Positions 1 to 12,542 of a stretch of 64,000 bases of DNA are shown piece after piece. Source of the DNA: Hyphochytrium catenoides. Taxonomy: Eukaryota > Protista > Hyphochytriomycota. A program made the translations under genes and the position numbers. The DNA lies in the NCBI GenBank assembly GCA_900088475.1, contig FLMG01000369.1, positions 31,020 to 95,019 on the forward strand. Direction: 5' to 3'. The number at the start of each line of letters is the position of its first letter. Within the stretch, counting starts at the first letter, position 1. A model generated the notes under the pieces. It ran no database searches and had not been told where the DNA came from. It saw only the letters and a program-made list of their open reading frames with translations.

Positions 1-254
1 AGGTCTGTCCGCTGCAAGGGCATGCGCAGGAGAGCATCACTGAAGGTAGAAAGGATGAAAAAGAGAGAAAGATAGAAGAAGAATTCTTTGCTCTCAGACG
101 CTCTGCGTCAATCTCTTCTTCTTTCTCCCGCTCAATGTTTTTCCCTCCTTTTCTCCGTCACCTCTGGATTCTTTGCTCTTCTCCTCAGATTGAGGAAGTA
201 AATGCAAGTTAGCAGCTTGCTCTTCTCTCTCCCTGTCCCCGCGAAGAGATTACT

Positions 255-493
255 CTGTCTCTCTCTCTCTCTCTTTCTCTCTCTCTTGTCTCTCCTCTCT
301 CTCTCTCTGTGCCTTCCTCTCTCGTGGGGGTGCCTCTCTTCTCCCCAGTATTATCTTCATTATTATTATTGGCCCTCATTTATCTGTCATCGCCTACCTG
401 GCTTGAGTCTCTCTCTCCCTGATCTTTCCTTTCGCTTGTAGTTCTATTTGATTGTGTTGCTGCCAGCCTTTCTATTCCTATTTCCCTCTCTCT

Positions 494-539
<46 letters not shown>

Positions 540-583
540 TTTTCTCTTTCTCTCTCTTTCTCTGCCTTTCTGCCTTTCTCTGC

Positions 584-615
<32 letters not shown>

Positions 616-666
616 GCCTTTCTCTGCCTTTCTCTGCTTTTCTCTCTCTCTCTCTCTCTCTGCCTT

Positions 667-701
<35 letters not shown>

Positions 702-925
702 TTGCCCTTCTCTCTGTCTCTCTGTCTCTCCCCTTCTCTCTCTCTCTGCCTCTCCTTGTCTCTGTCTCTCTCTCTCAGTCCCTCCTTTGAGCTCTCTTTC
801 TCCCTCTTTACCTCTCTCTGGCTCTGTGTTGGTGAGTGTCTGTCTGCTTTCTTCTCCTTCTCCCTTCCTCTACCTCACTTTCTGTCTCTAGTCTCTAGTT
901 CGCCCTCTGTCTCTCTCTCTGTCTG
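255..925. repeat. (CT)n / (CTCTG)n pyrimidine microsatellite tracts
   Basis: Long CT and CTCTGCCTTT runs are directly visible; the overlapping L/S-rich ORFs are translations of the repeat. Confidence 0.9.
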
Positions 926-2518
926 GTTCTCTGTCTGCTCGGGCAGGCCAGGTGGTGAAACCGCCAAAAAGCTTTCACCCCTGATGAAAGAATCAAATAA
1001 TTCTTAAGGGTAATAGTTTATCTATAATGAAGGAGGCTTTTTCTTTCAGGGCACAAATAGATCGTTTAGAACGTTTCCTTCAGTTAACCACCAAGTACAA
1101 GTAGTCAGGTACAAGTACTATAATCCAAGGACTTGGAGCTATGCAAGTGAAGCAGAAGAGTAAATGATGATGGTCGGTTACACTACTACCACCGGTGGAA
1201 GAAAAAGCTATTATCATTATAAAACTCTAGTATCCTAAGCTACGAACGCGGATACTCTGGCAGGAGGAAGAAGAAGAGGTAAGGTGGAGAAGGAAAGAAG
1301 ATCTCACGCCACCACCACCAGCAGCAAACCCTTCAAAAAGACATATTCTTCGCTTTCATGCGGTGGTTCTTCTTCGACACCACTGTCGTCGTCCTCTGAT
1401 TGATGGCGGTGGGAAGAGCCACTCGTCGGTGGAGCAGAAGTATTATCTCCTCTTGATTCTCATCTTCTTCCTCTTCCTCCTCCGGGCTGTACCACCAGAA
1501 AAGTGCGTGATGATGTTGTTGGTTCGGGCTACTTCTCGCCTTATCCATGTCAGCAAAGCAGTAGGGATGAAGAATGAGGAGCCCACTAACGAAGGACTCA
1601 CCGCAAAATTTAGTCGAATGATGAGCAGCCGCTCAACGGGTCTAGGGACAACAGGAGGGTCATTTACAAATATGAAGATCAGGATTTTCGAAGCGTGTTG
1701 AGTTGTCGAGCTTCCTTCCGTCTCTTTGAGTTGGTTCACTTGTTGGTGGGAGCGAGGCGCCGTCATCTTGATGATGTGTGTCTCATCAAACCGCTTGTGA
1801 AGAGATAGAGGAAGCATCGCTTCATCTGCCGTAGTAGTGAATATCATATAAGAAGTTATGATATGCTGGAGCCTTGCCTACTATCAGGGCCCTACCCGCC
1901 TTCACACCTGCCTTTCCGGGATCATTCATTTATATATGAGGACACGACCCTTGGGAAGAATCAACCTGATGCGTATAATATCTGCCTCCTCCAGCAGTCA
2001 CGTCAACGGCGTTAGATTTTACTGATTATTGATTGTTCTGTTGCGCCTATCATTAGTAGCCTTCTTCTTCGTCTCCCTCTTATAATCTGATAAGGAGCTA
2101 GCAGCTACTATCCTTTTTTACTTTTTATATAGAGGGAACTGAACCTGTAAGAGCCCTAATACTTCTTGAGCTCTTCCTCTTCACCTCGTCGTTTTCTTCT
2201 CTATCCATTGCTGCTTCATCATTTATTGGTTCCACAGGATAGATGTCAAGACCAGATTGAAGAAATCAAAACCCTGATAATCAGTAGATTGATAACCTTT
2301 AGTTCTCGAAGTTTTGTCACGCTCTAATACGGAATACATAAATAATATGAAACTTTTATAAAACAAATTAGATCTAAGCTGCTGTGTGATGGAAGGCTAG
2401 ATTAATGGTGAACAAAAGGCCCAAAAGCTGAGTAAATAACCATAAAAGAATAAAGTAGTTCTAATAAAACAGTAGAGCAATGAGGAAAGCCAGCGAAAGA
2501 GCGGGAGCAAAGGTAGAC

Positions 2519-2565
<47 letters not shown>

Positions 2566-2595
2566 CGAAAGGGAGAGAGACGAGAGAGAGAGAGC

Positions 2596-2634
<39 letters not shown>

Positions 2635-2640
2635 AGAAAA
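2519..2640. repeat. (GA)n microsatellite
   Basis: Nearly pure GA dinucleotide run. Confidence 0.9.
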
Positions 2641-3229
2641 CTGCAACAAGAAAAGAAGAAGCAAGAAGAGGAGACGCCCAACTGACCACATTCTACCACT
2701 CCGTACCATTATCATTATACTTTACTATAAAACTTAGCTAGGATGATGACGCTGGGTGGGAAAGGAGAAGAAGGAGAAGAGTGGCCAACCGCGGACTAAA
2801 GAGACGGGTGTCTGGGGAAGAGAGACGGAGAAGAGCAGCTCAGAACCAGCAGCAGAGCAGCAGAAGAGGAGATACAGCAGTAACCTTTTCTTGAGAGTGG
2901 AACTCGGTCCAAGTAAAGCAGTCTGCTACCTAGAGACTGAGAACTCTCAGTATCGCTGAGGAGAAGATGAAGAAGGAAGACTGGAGAGCATAGTAGGACG
3001 AATGCTTATATTCAAGGATAGACTGCATCAAGACCAGAGGCAAGAAGCTACCGACCCAGAGACAGTCATGGTAGGTGAAAGGAGAAGAGAAGGAGGTTCT
3101 TGACCAAGTCCCAGAAGTAGAAGACAACGACGATAACAACGGAGAGAAACAAGATCAAAGACAAAGTAGGGATGAAGGGATGAAGGCGATGGGGAGCGAC
3201 AGCAAAGCGCGTGCTATGTTCCAGCCCCA

Positions 3230-3314
3230 TTCCCTTCTCTCTGTGTCGCTCTCTCTCTTTGTCTGTGTGTCTCTCTCTCTCTCTCTGAGCCGCCTTCTTG
3301 GTCGCTCTCTCTCT

Positions 3315-3346
<32 letters not shown>

Positions 3347-3485
3347 CCTCTCTCATAATATGAGGTTGCTCTTTCTCTCTTATCCTCCGTCATCACTCTG
3401 CTGGCTTGCTCTCTGAACGCCTGCCATCGGTGCGNNNNNNNNNNNNNNNNNNNNNNNNTCTCTCTCTCTCTCTCTCTCTCTCTCC
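3230..3485. repeat. (CT)n microsatellite with an assembly gap, upstream of the 3715 gene
   Basis: CT runs flank the N-gap at 3435-3458. Confidence 0.85.
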
Positions 3486-3714
3486 CCGTAGTTTTACTTC
3501 TTACACTTGCCTCTTTCTTTCTGACTTTGTCCCGCTAGCCTGCTCTCTGGACCAACAAGGATTTGAAGTTAACAACGATCTGAAGCTTGCCAACTTCCTG
3601 TCCCTTCCCTTCAAGCTTCTGTAGAACTCTTGCTGCCTCTCTTGAGTTCTTCCTGTCCTTTCTTTTCTCTCTCCCTCTCCTTGTGCGGGTATTCTCCTAA
3701 TAGCAAGATCGGTC

Positions 3715-4686
3715 ATGAAGGGCGAGACAATGAAGAAAACAAGCACCAGAAAGCGAAGAATGGCCACTAGATGCTGGAAACCTCGCTCTTCCTTCTTGCT
3801 TTTGCTCTTTTTCGCTCTCTCTCTATCCTCTCGTCATCTTCTTAGAAGTGCACAAGCTGCCTTGCGAGCCTCTCCTCCCAACGCCCGACGAGCTCCACTG
3901 AACGCTCTTACTACTGAGCCGAAGCAATTTGTAAAAACGAAGCCTGAGGCTGCTTCACTCCTGAGGAGAGTTCCGGAGGACCGCTCCGCCGGACAGGAGC
4001 AGAGTTCTCATCAGCTCTTGGAAGAGGCGAGCAATAGAGTTGTCTTGACAGCAAAAAACGCTGTTGAGGCGTTAAAAGTGTTGGCAGACATGAAGAAACA
4101 GTTCCGAGAGTCGAAGGGTGTCAAGAATCTAATCGCATGGAAGCGGGCGGTTGACAACGTAGCGGAAGTACGTCGTGAGTACGAAGCCGACGTGGCCAAA
4201 TGGAAACGTGTTAGGGATCGGCTACCCTCGGAGCAGAGGAAACAAGTTACGGAGGAGCTGGCTGGCAGAATGACAGGAATTCTTTCACGCCTGAGAACTA
4301 CGATAGACATCGAGTCTGGGGAAATTTCAAGTCACAGTGCAAACCTCCTCCGCGTTGCTTGGCATGGCGTTGTCACGAGAAGAACGGCTCTTATTAGCGC
4401 CTCAACACGCTCCACACAGAAGAAGAGGCAGCACCAAACGTCGAAGCGTCAGGAAGATAAAATTGCATGGGAACGGGCAGCCGAAGAAAAAGCTGAGGCC
4501 TTGAAGGAATACAATGCCGCTATGAAGCGCTGGAAAATTCTTAATGACCGGCTATTCTCGCAGAGGAAGGTGGAGAATAACAACAGAAGGCTTAACGGCA
4601 TCAGTGAGACTAACAGAATTATGAAAGCATTGATAAACTTGGACTACAGTCGAATAGGAGAAGATTGGAGCACTTTAACGCCATAG
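3715..4686 (+). CDS. Secreted helical-repeat orphan protein A (323 aa, 2 repeats)
   Basis: Intronless ORF. Basic leader (KKTSTRKRR), hydrophobic core (FLLLLFFALSLS), LRSAQA cleavage-like site. Two repeats 110 aa apart: AWKRAVDNVAEVRREY..RLPS and AWERAAEEKAEALKEY..RLFS. Clear paralogue of 7381-8655. Confidence 0.8.
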   Translation: MKGETMKKTSTRKRRMATRCWKPRSSFLLLLFFALSLSSRHLLRSAQAALRASPPNARRAPLNALTTEPKQFVKTKPEAASLLRRVPEDRSAGQEQSSHQLLEEASNRVVLTAKNAVEALKVLADMKKQFRESKGVKNLIAWKRAVDNVAEVRREYEADVAKWKRVRDRLPSEQRKQVTEELAGRMTGILSRLRTTIDIESGEISSHSANLLRVAWHGVVTRRTALISASTRSTQKKRQHQTSKRQEDKIAWERAAEEKAEALKEYNAAMKRWKILNDRLFSQRKVENNNRRLNGISETNRIMKALINLDYSRIGEDWSTLTP

Positions 4687-7380
4687 AAGCATGCTACTAT
4701 GTCGCTTGGCTGAGTGCGGAAGAGGAGAATGCGAAGGTGAGGCACTTTGTACAAGCGCGGCCAAAGTGACCGAAAGGAAGCGCACTCTGGGACATAATGC
4801 AGCCTCTCCGAAGCATCAAAGTGCTGTCAATGGTCAGCCACTACCAGGGACAGAAGACCCAAGACGAGCCCTAATAGCTGTAGACCTCTTATAGAATGGA
4901 GAAGTCAGATAGCAGCAGCAGCACTTTCAGCTGAGCTATCCAACCGCCTCGGCGATCGTTGAGGACAGCTACTAACCTGCTTGCAGCCATGCTCCAATGC
5001 CAAAGAGAAGGTTCTGTTGACGGTGATCCCAGTCATCAGACACTGTTTCTTCCTTGTCGAGTTCATGTTTCTTCTGTCTCTTCTCTCTGTGCTTCTACTT
5101 CTTATATATAGCAGAATATCATAACTGCTTTCTAGGTGAACGTTTGCGCCGCCTGACATTTCTACTTAATCGAAAGACTTTATCAACAGTTTCCAGGAGC
5201 ACTTCTTGGATCAGTGCTTTAGCTCTAACATAGAGAGTGCTTTTCTAGCTCTATGACAAAGAGAGAGAGCCTCAAACCTACTATGGACGCACGTTGGAGC
5301 GAAGCAAGAAGGTCAAAGCTATCGTGCACCTGCAAAAGTTGCTATAATCCAATAAGAAGGAAGAAGACAGTGTAGCTGGACGTAGTTTTAAAGGCCTCCA
5401 CGGAGTAGTAGGTGCAGCATATTATGGCCCAACATCTCTCCTAGGAACACTGATGGCTTGTGGCTCACAAGCTACAGGGCAACATCGAAGCACGCTGTCG
5501 TGATTCTATCTAATCACTGGTCCATTGGAGCTATGTAAATATCCCATGCCATTATCGTGTTCAGCAAGGACATCGTAACTCCTCCACTACCTCATCATTA
5601 GTCATCTGAAGCTGGACTAGAGCGAGCAGACAGCCGAAGGGTAGAGCATATCAAGAGGGTAGAGCATATCAGTAACAACGTCGGAGGACAAGGAACTTGA
5701 AGGACTCATAGTCTGCCCTCGTGAGGGTGGTGCTAACCAAGGTCAGAAATGCGTTCAGGACGTTCTCCTTCACATGCTTTCGAGGACTCTGGTTTGAAGT
5801 TTTTCGTGGGAGCTTCGGCGGGCCCAACCAGAAGCCTGGAGATTAACCGGTACGTGGTGATTGCTTCAAGTGCTGTTCAGGACACGGCTCTTGATGAATG
5901 TGTCCCATGGCGAACTCGCTGCCATCCAGACCCCTTCCTTATACAGCAGTACATGTCGCGCAACAGGGTCGATAGTCTTGGAGCAGCGAGCAATATGAAG
6001 AAGTATGAGGCTGCAGGGCTGCAGTTTGTCCAGATAATTTTTGAGTGTTTAGAGGTAGTTTGCCTTCTATCCTTGATTGCGTGCAGCGCTTCCTAAGAAG
6101 CTTCACGAAGATCACTCTGTATTCACTTGATGCTTTCCGGCATCGTGGTCGTCATGGTCTCGCTCTTATGATGGCTTGAATCGTTCACCCTATTAGAGAC
6201 TCCTTAGCCATCCATGGGAAACGATGCTCTTGAGATCCTAAAGTTATTCTTCTTTCGCCAGAGTTAGACCCTCCTTCTTCGCTGACTTGCCTGCTCGAGT
6301 GCGATGACATGATCATGCTCTTCATGCCTCTTTCCCGCCTCTTTCCCGTCCCTTTCTCCTATTTGTTACTGCCGAGGACATCAACTACTAGGAGGTTTCC
6401 TTTTCTTCAGTTGTTCTAATAATAATGTTGATCATAGACAGGGGTGGAAGGCGTTGATGAAGGGGACCAAGACTTCGTAACTCTTGCTGCTTCTTCTTCT
6501 CCTTCTCTTTTCTCTTTTAATCGAGTAGTAGTAGTAATGCATCATCGTGATATAATAAGTAAAAAACAAGCAACAGAACGTGAATAAACCTGGAAATAAG
6601 GGCCCTTTATTATTTTTATAAAGGGTTTTATAGAAATTAATTCTGAGTAGGCGATGGAAGTTTATAAGCAAGTTTGGTATACACCTTATTTTTAGGGTTA
6701 GGGTCATTAGCCTTTTAGACTACTGCTACTCGTACTGCTATGCTAGAATAGTGCTGTGTGTTTTGGTAGTGAGGGCATCTCTGCGGGCAGTCAGTAGTCA
6801 GTTCACTACTACCGTTGAAAGCCTTACTACTCGCTTTGGTTGAGGATCTTTCTTTCTCTCTTGCGGCTGCTGGCCGCTCCATTCAGCTTTTATGATTTCC
6901 TACCGTCGTCTTTATATAATCCGTATAGATCTAATGAGTCCAGCTAACATAATGGTTGGCGGGGTATCCTGCTCTTTCTCGCGCCTACGAAGGGCCAATG
7001 ACAGATCTTTGAAGCGGCGGAGACACTCCGACTCTACTACTAAGTATCTCTGTCTAGATAAGAGAGAGTTCGTGGCACTTCTCTCTTTCTCTGTGACTCC
7101 GTCTCTCTCTGTCTCTTCTCTAGCTCCATCTCTTTCTCGGTGCCTTTTCCTTCCATGCCTCGGAGGCCAAACGTATGGCTTCTGGCTTCATCACCGCAGG
7201 GAAGCCCCTGTTCCCATTGAGCAGACTCCTGTAGAGGCATACAGCTACGGCCCGCGGCTCTCCCGTCCCTCGGATTTCTTTGCATAGCACTGTCTTCTCC
7301 CCTGCTCTGTCAATTTGGAGGATAGTTCTATTATTAGCTTCATTCTTCAGAACTGACAGTGCCAAGAAGCGTCTACGATA

Positions 7381-8655
7381 ATGGCGTATCATAACGGAGA
7401 AGACGATAGAAGAATCAGAAAGGGAAGAGTTACGTTTAATTGGCGAAAACCTTGCCCTTCCCTTTTGCTTTTGCTCTTTCTTGCTCTCTCTCTCTCCCTT
7501 TTCGTCTCCCGGAATGCAGAAGCTACTCGTTCCTCTCGACTCCCAACAGGAGGTATTCACAGCAGCCCCAAAGTCCCGAAGGAGCCTGCAGCCGGTAAAC
7601 GTTGGAGCACTCAAGGAATAGACTCTGTAGGAAAGAAGCTGTCACAGGCCCCAAAGGCATTTCTGGCATTTCTGCGCACTCTTAAATCCAACAGAGAGCG
7701 CTCTCGGGCCATCAAAAGTGCCTGGGATGACCTTAACGAGAAAGGGTGGTCATCTCTAAGGACTTTAGAACTATTAGAAGAGAAGAAGGGACAGTTTTCA
7801 CAGTCCAAAGGTAAATATGAGCTAAGAGAATGGAAAGAGGCAGCCAGGAGAGCAGAAACAGCAGTTCAAGAATATGAGAATGCCGCGAACACCTTTAGAA
7901 GCCTTACTGAGCCGCTACCATCGAAGAAGAGAGAGGCTGTTGCTGACATGGCTGGTATTCTCAACAATATTGGGGAATGGAGAGCTAGGATTGAGAAACA
8001 CAATAGTGAGATCTTAAAAAGCTCCGAGGAGGAGGTTGCCCGGAACTGGAATGACCTTAGCGAGAAAGAGCACGCTGCCACCGTTGCCTTGAGGAATGCG
8101 GAAGAGAAATATGTGCGTCAAGATGCAGAGCAGATGAGTCTGGAGGAGCTAGAAGTATGGAAGAGGGCACTAGACGGAGTAAGAAAGGCACTCAAGGACT
8201 ATGAGGAAGCCGCGAATGCCTTGAAAGGCCTCGGTGATCTGCTGCCCTCGCAGAAGAAGGCCGTCGTCGAAGACAATGCCTTCATGGCTATCGAGAATAT
8301 TAAAATATGGAGGGCAAAGATAGAAGCAGATCATTGGCAAGCCTCAAGGTTCATCGCTGTCCTCAGATGGAAGCCCTATACTGAGGCTCGGACAGCGGTT
8401 GACGACGCAGTGAATTTTGCGGTTGAGAAGGCGGAACAGGCGTTAACAACAACAAAAAGTCCAGAGAAGCTCACAGAGTGGAGTGAGGCATACAAGAAAG
8501 CCATGGATGCACTAAAGGCCTATGAAAGAGCCGGACAAAAGCTCAACGACGAGCTTGCTCCTGAAATGGCTCCACCGTCGATGGCCGAAGTAAAGTCCAA
8601 CGTCGAGGTTGCCTTCGGAAGACTCAACGGGTTGCAACTTCAGATAGAGCTATGA
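7381..8655 (+). CDS. Secreted helical-repeat orphan protein B (424 aa, 3 repeats)
   Basis: Signal peptide (SLLLLLFLALSLSLFVSRNAEA) is homologous at DNA level to that of protein A. Three W-x13-Y repeats with Trp codons at 7831, 8158 and 8479 (109 and 107 aa apart). Confidence 0.85.
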   Translation: MAYHNGEDDRRIRKGRVTFNWRKPCPSLLLLLFLALSLSLFVSRNAEATRSSRLPTGGIHSSPKVPKEPAAGKRWSTQGIDSVGKKLSQAPKAFLAFLRTLKSNRERSRAIKSAWDDLNEKGWSSLRTLELLEEKKGQFSQSKGKYELREWKEAARRAETAVQEYENAANTFRSLTEPLPSKKREAVADMAGILNNIGEWRARIEKHNSEILKSSEEEVARNWNDLSEKEHAATVALRNAEEKYVRQDAEQMSLEELEVWKRALDGVRKALKDYEEAANALKGLGDLLPSQKKAVVEDNAFMAIENIKIWRAKIEADHWQASRFIAVLRWKPYTEARTAVDDAVNFAVEKAEQALTTTKSPEKLTEWSEAYKKAMDALKAYERAGQKLNDELAPEMAPPSMAEVKSNVEVAFGRLNGLQLQIEL

Positions 8656-11230
8656 CCTAAACCAGGGCGCTTCCAGTGTGATGGTTGTTGTTCGAACGCC
8701 TGGCAGACCTTTCATGGCAAAAGATCCGCGCGCTAGAAAGCAAGGTGAAGAGCATGACGAAGGTACGGAGAGAGTAATAGGCAAAGCGCTGAGACGATGC
8801 GGTCATCCTTTCGCGCTCATGGCCTGAAGATTGGCCCCTGGCTGTGGCATGTCATCACCTGCCTCAATATCCTGATGTCGTGCAATAATGACAGCCTCCT
8901 TCCACGCCTTTGTCCTCTTTCTGACCTCCAAAAGTGTTGAAGAGATTATTACATGTGGGCTTCACTCATCACGCGGTATATCTTCTGGGTTGCGTAGAGA
9001 GAGAGAGAGAGAGAAAGACAGAGGGATAGAGAGACCATAATGGAAACTGTTATTAGGAAAGGACAAGCAAGACCTTCAAATGGCGCGAGAGACAAGGAGT
9101 TAGTTGGACCGCAATGCCAGGACGCTTTATGAGATGAATAGATGGGTAGATAGAAAGAGCGGGGAGGACCAGACCAGAAAGCGCTATCGATCGAGCAGAC
9201 TAGGAGACAGAAAACTCTTGAACATCTACTGGGTCTATGGCAGTTGTAGCTGTAAGAAGAGCAGCATGGGCGTTTCCGGTAGGCGCACATTCTATTAGAT
9301 CTGTACGGTGAGGACGAGGACGTGCGTGACTAAGACCGTCAACAACCGCGCTCTGGCGTTGATGATGAGCACCGTGCTTCTTCCTCTTACGCCTGAGGTA
9401 CTACTGTCTCTACTGTTTACGTACTTCTAATCTCGACGGTTTGGATGATGCTTAGTGTCTCTGTGTCTAGCGTGTAAGTGCCCATTAGTATTCTATGACA
9501 TCTTTATTATGATGACCACGGACTGCGCAACAAGCTTGAGCATCCATCGCTTATTCTGGCTATCTAGGGCTGGTGGGAGTCAATGAGTCTTCTCTCCTGT
9601 TCTCTCCGCTTCGTTTCACTATATCTGGCGGATGGATCCGGTTCCTATCAGCCCTCCTCTGCTTGTCACTTTTTCTTTACGCTTCTATTCCTAGGCAGAC
9701 TCCTTCTTACTCATCTTCTAATCTCCATCAGTAGTGAGCAAGAGCCCTGATCAGTCGTCTTTTAATTGCATCATAATCCCGTGATAGACTTCAAAAATAA
9801 ACATCAGTGTCACGGCCGTCCTTGGCAAGAACCGCAGGCACCAAACGGGGCCAGCAGCAGCGTCTAGTTCTAAACGCGACAAATACGTGGTACACTCTAC
9901 TACTGATAACACATCCCAAGTAAACTCATACTCTTCCTCCACACAGAGTATCTGCCGCGCGTCTAAGATCCATCCTTGTCCGGGATACGGAACAGAGGCT
10001 AGGAATCTACGGAGAGTTGACCATCGTCATCAAACCGCCATTTACCGCTAAACACAGAGGACACGAGTAATAGGTTACTGGCTGGTACTGAATGGGATAA
10101 GGACACTGATACCACGGAGCAGGGAACAGAAGTTTATAATAATACTAGGAAACAGTGCGATGGAAACAGACAGGCAGTGCTGGTCACCGCTGCAGAGTCG
10201 TTGCTAGAACCAGCTAACCCCTGGTTCCTTTTTTTCGATAAAGTCCGTCTTCCAAGCCCAGACAGTAGCGTCCTCCTACTACTCAGTCTCCTACGACTGA
10301 ACTGCGTCATCGTTATTCTTAGTTTCTTATTGAGCAGGCTCCTTCTTGTCCAGAACGCGCCAGAATTTTTTTGCTCTATAAATCAAAGCGATAGCCTTCT
10401 AGCTTTCCCCTGCTGTTCCCATCTTTAGGGCTACTTTTTCCTCTCTTTTTTTTGTCCTATCTTCCTGCTTCTTTCCTCTGAAGACCTGGTGTCTTCCTCT
10501 GTTCACTGAGGTAGAACTACCTCCTGAGGTGTGCGCTGGTCCCGTTCCTTCTCATTCAGCCCTCGACCACGTCAAAAGACGAAGAAGACAGACCTAAAGT
10601 AACTGGCTTTCGGTCCCTTTCTAGCTCTGTTATCTTTGAGGATAGTTCTAGAAAAAAGGAGTTGAGTCTTTTTGTATCTCTCTCTGTCTCTCTCTCTCTG
10701 TCTCTCGCTGTCGCTCTCCTCCTCTCTCTGTCTCTCTGTCTCTCTCCACCTTGCTCGCTCAAGTAGCCCTCTTTCCCTCATTCTTTCGCTAAACTACTCC
10801 GAAGGAGGAGAGAAGAAGAACACGAGCAAGAGGTACTTGTAAGCCCTACAACGTCCTGGTCTACGCACTCGTTATCGGAAAGAGAGAAACCACTTTCTTC
10901 TTTTCTCTCTTCTCTCTCTTCTTTATCACTCGAGATGATCAAAGAAGGGACAAAGAGGAAGAGTCAAGAGACGGGAGAGAACATAGACAAAGCGTCCATT
11001 GTTCCACTGGTTCTTCTTATAGGCTTTCCCTTAGCAAATGCGCTCTGGTCTATCCGTAGAGGGCAGCGGCAGGTAGACATGTCTTTGACTTGGGCCAGCC
11101 TTGCTACATTCCATTCCACAATCTCCACTGATGCATTGAGGAGGCACAGGTGGGGAAGCGCCATCCACGACGAAGGTTTTGAGCAGAACTGCGACCGTCA
11201 TTGTGGCAGGGACACCTTGCTGTTAGTACT

Positions 11231-11899
11231 ATGACTCTGAGCTCAGCGCCGATGACCTCCAGAGGACCACGGAAGCAGAGTGTTCAAAGGGCTGGGCAGC
11301 TCTTCTTACGGCGGCGCTGCTTTTCCTATTCCTTCCTCCATCTTCTCTTTGTCGTCTCTCTTTTCTCTCTTCTAGGGCTGGAAAGTAGCGAAGCTTTGGG
11401 ATTTCCGCGAGTTTCGAAGGTGAAGGCCACCTTGACAAAGAGCTTGAGTTCACTGAAGCACAACGGCGAAGCGTGGCTCTATCGGAAGGGAATTAAGAAG
11501 CCAAAGATACCGGCCGGGACACAACTCTACGATAACGTGCTATCCGATGGGCTGTGGAAAAAGGCTAAGGACGGCCTTGAGGAGGCGGATTCTTTGATGA
11601 CTACCTCAGAACAGGCTGCGAAAGAGACACTCAGAAACGTGAGGTCTAAACTGCGAGCCACGAAGACCGATCTGAACAAAGCATTCGAGGAAGCGATAGC
11701 AGGCATAAAAGCGACGTCCCGTGAAGACAGACAGCTGCAGATTGCCCAGATCAATCACAGATACGATATCCTCAATAAGAAGCATAAGGATCTACAGAGT
11801 AGGTTGATATTCTACCAGCGCCTTGAACTTGGGAGGAAATTCGGACTAGTTCCCGGGTCGGATGGCGCAAACTTAAGAGGCGCGAACATGCGTGAATAA
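11231..11899 (+). CDS. Secreted helical orphan protein D (~222 aa)
   Basis: ATG at 11231 (alternative 11252). Basic leader RRRCF, hydrophobic core FLHLLFVVSLFSLLGL, ESSEA cleavage-like site, Lys/Ala/Glu-rich helical body. Paralogue at 14100-14694. Confidence 0.8.
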   Translation: MTLSSAPMTSRGPRKQSVQRAGQLFLRRRCFSYSFLHLLFVVSLFSLLGLESSEALGFPRVSKVKATLTKSLSSLKHNGEAWLYRKGIKKPKIPAGTQLYDNVLSDGLWKKAKDGLEEADSLMTTSEQAAKETLRNVRSKLRATKTDLNKAFEEAIAGIKATSREDRQLQIAQINHRYDILNKKHKDLQSRLIFYQRLELGRKFGLVPGSDGANLRGANMRE

Positions 11900-12136
11900 A
11901 TGACGGTGGTCGACGATTTCAGCGCAATGTTTTGAGCTCCGCACAAAGTTCACACTGCTGACCTCACTCCCGAGGATGTGCATGACATAAGACCGTCGTC
12001 ATCCTCCGCTCTCAGGCGGTGATGATGAGCATTGTGCCTTTCTTTGCCTGATATACCTGAGCTGCTACCGTCTTCTCTGCAGTTTCCCTACTACTAATCT
12101 CACAGTTTGGATGATGCTTGGTGCGTCTCTGTCTAT

Positions 12137-12542
12137 CATGTAGAAACCCATTAATAATCTATGATATCTCTATGATGACCACGCGGACGTTGCAAATCTA
12201 GGGCTGGTGGAAGTTGGATGGACCGCCTTATGGGGCTCGGAACGGTGGAATATCCAGGGAGGGATATTAGGTTTTCCTGGCGCGGTTGTAGGATGGGGCT
12301 GACCTCCTCCGTCACTTCCAGATTTCCTCGGTCAGCCTCAGCCTCCGCCGCCGGCTCAAAATCTAGACACAGCGGCAACGGATAGAAGAAGCACAGCTGA
12401 CTAGACCTATGCGCTGCCGCAGAACAGTCAAGTAGCATGTAAGAACCCATTAATAATCCATGATATCTCTATGATGACCACGCGGACGTTGCAAATCTAG
12501 GGCTGGTGGAAGTTGGATGGACCGCCTTATGATCCTCGGAAC
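12137..12542 (+). repeat. ~105-bp near-identical direct repeat pair (12137-12243 and 12436-12542), period 299 bp
   Basis: ATGATATCTCTATGATGACCACGCGGACGTTGCAAATCTAGGGCTGGTGGAAGTTGGATGGACCGCCTTATG occurs twice. Confidence 0.9.

Noticed and set aside
202-1007. L/S/F-rich ORFs that look like membrane proteins (also 2397-2737, 3066-3624, 35380-35980, 47688-48226)
   Set aside because: Translations of CT/GA microsatellites, open in several frames.
1363-1847. Overlapping 112-aa (+) and 134-aa (-) ORFs
   Set aside because: No recognisable motif or splice structure; cannot be supported as a gene.
6590-6705. AT-rich patch with near-palindrome AATAAGGGCCCTTTATT and TTTAGGGTTAGGG
   Set aside because: Only two telomere-like units and no partner terminal repeat; too short to call an interstitial telomere or MITE.
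12137-12542. Repeat-spacer-repeat as a CRISPR-like array
   Set aside because: Only two ~105-bp repeats, eukaryotic context, no cas genes.
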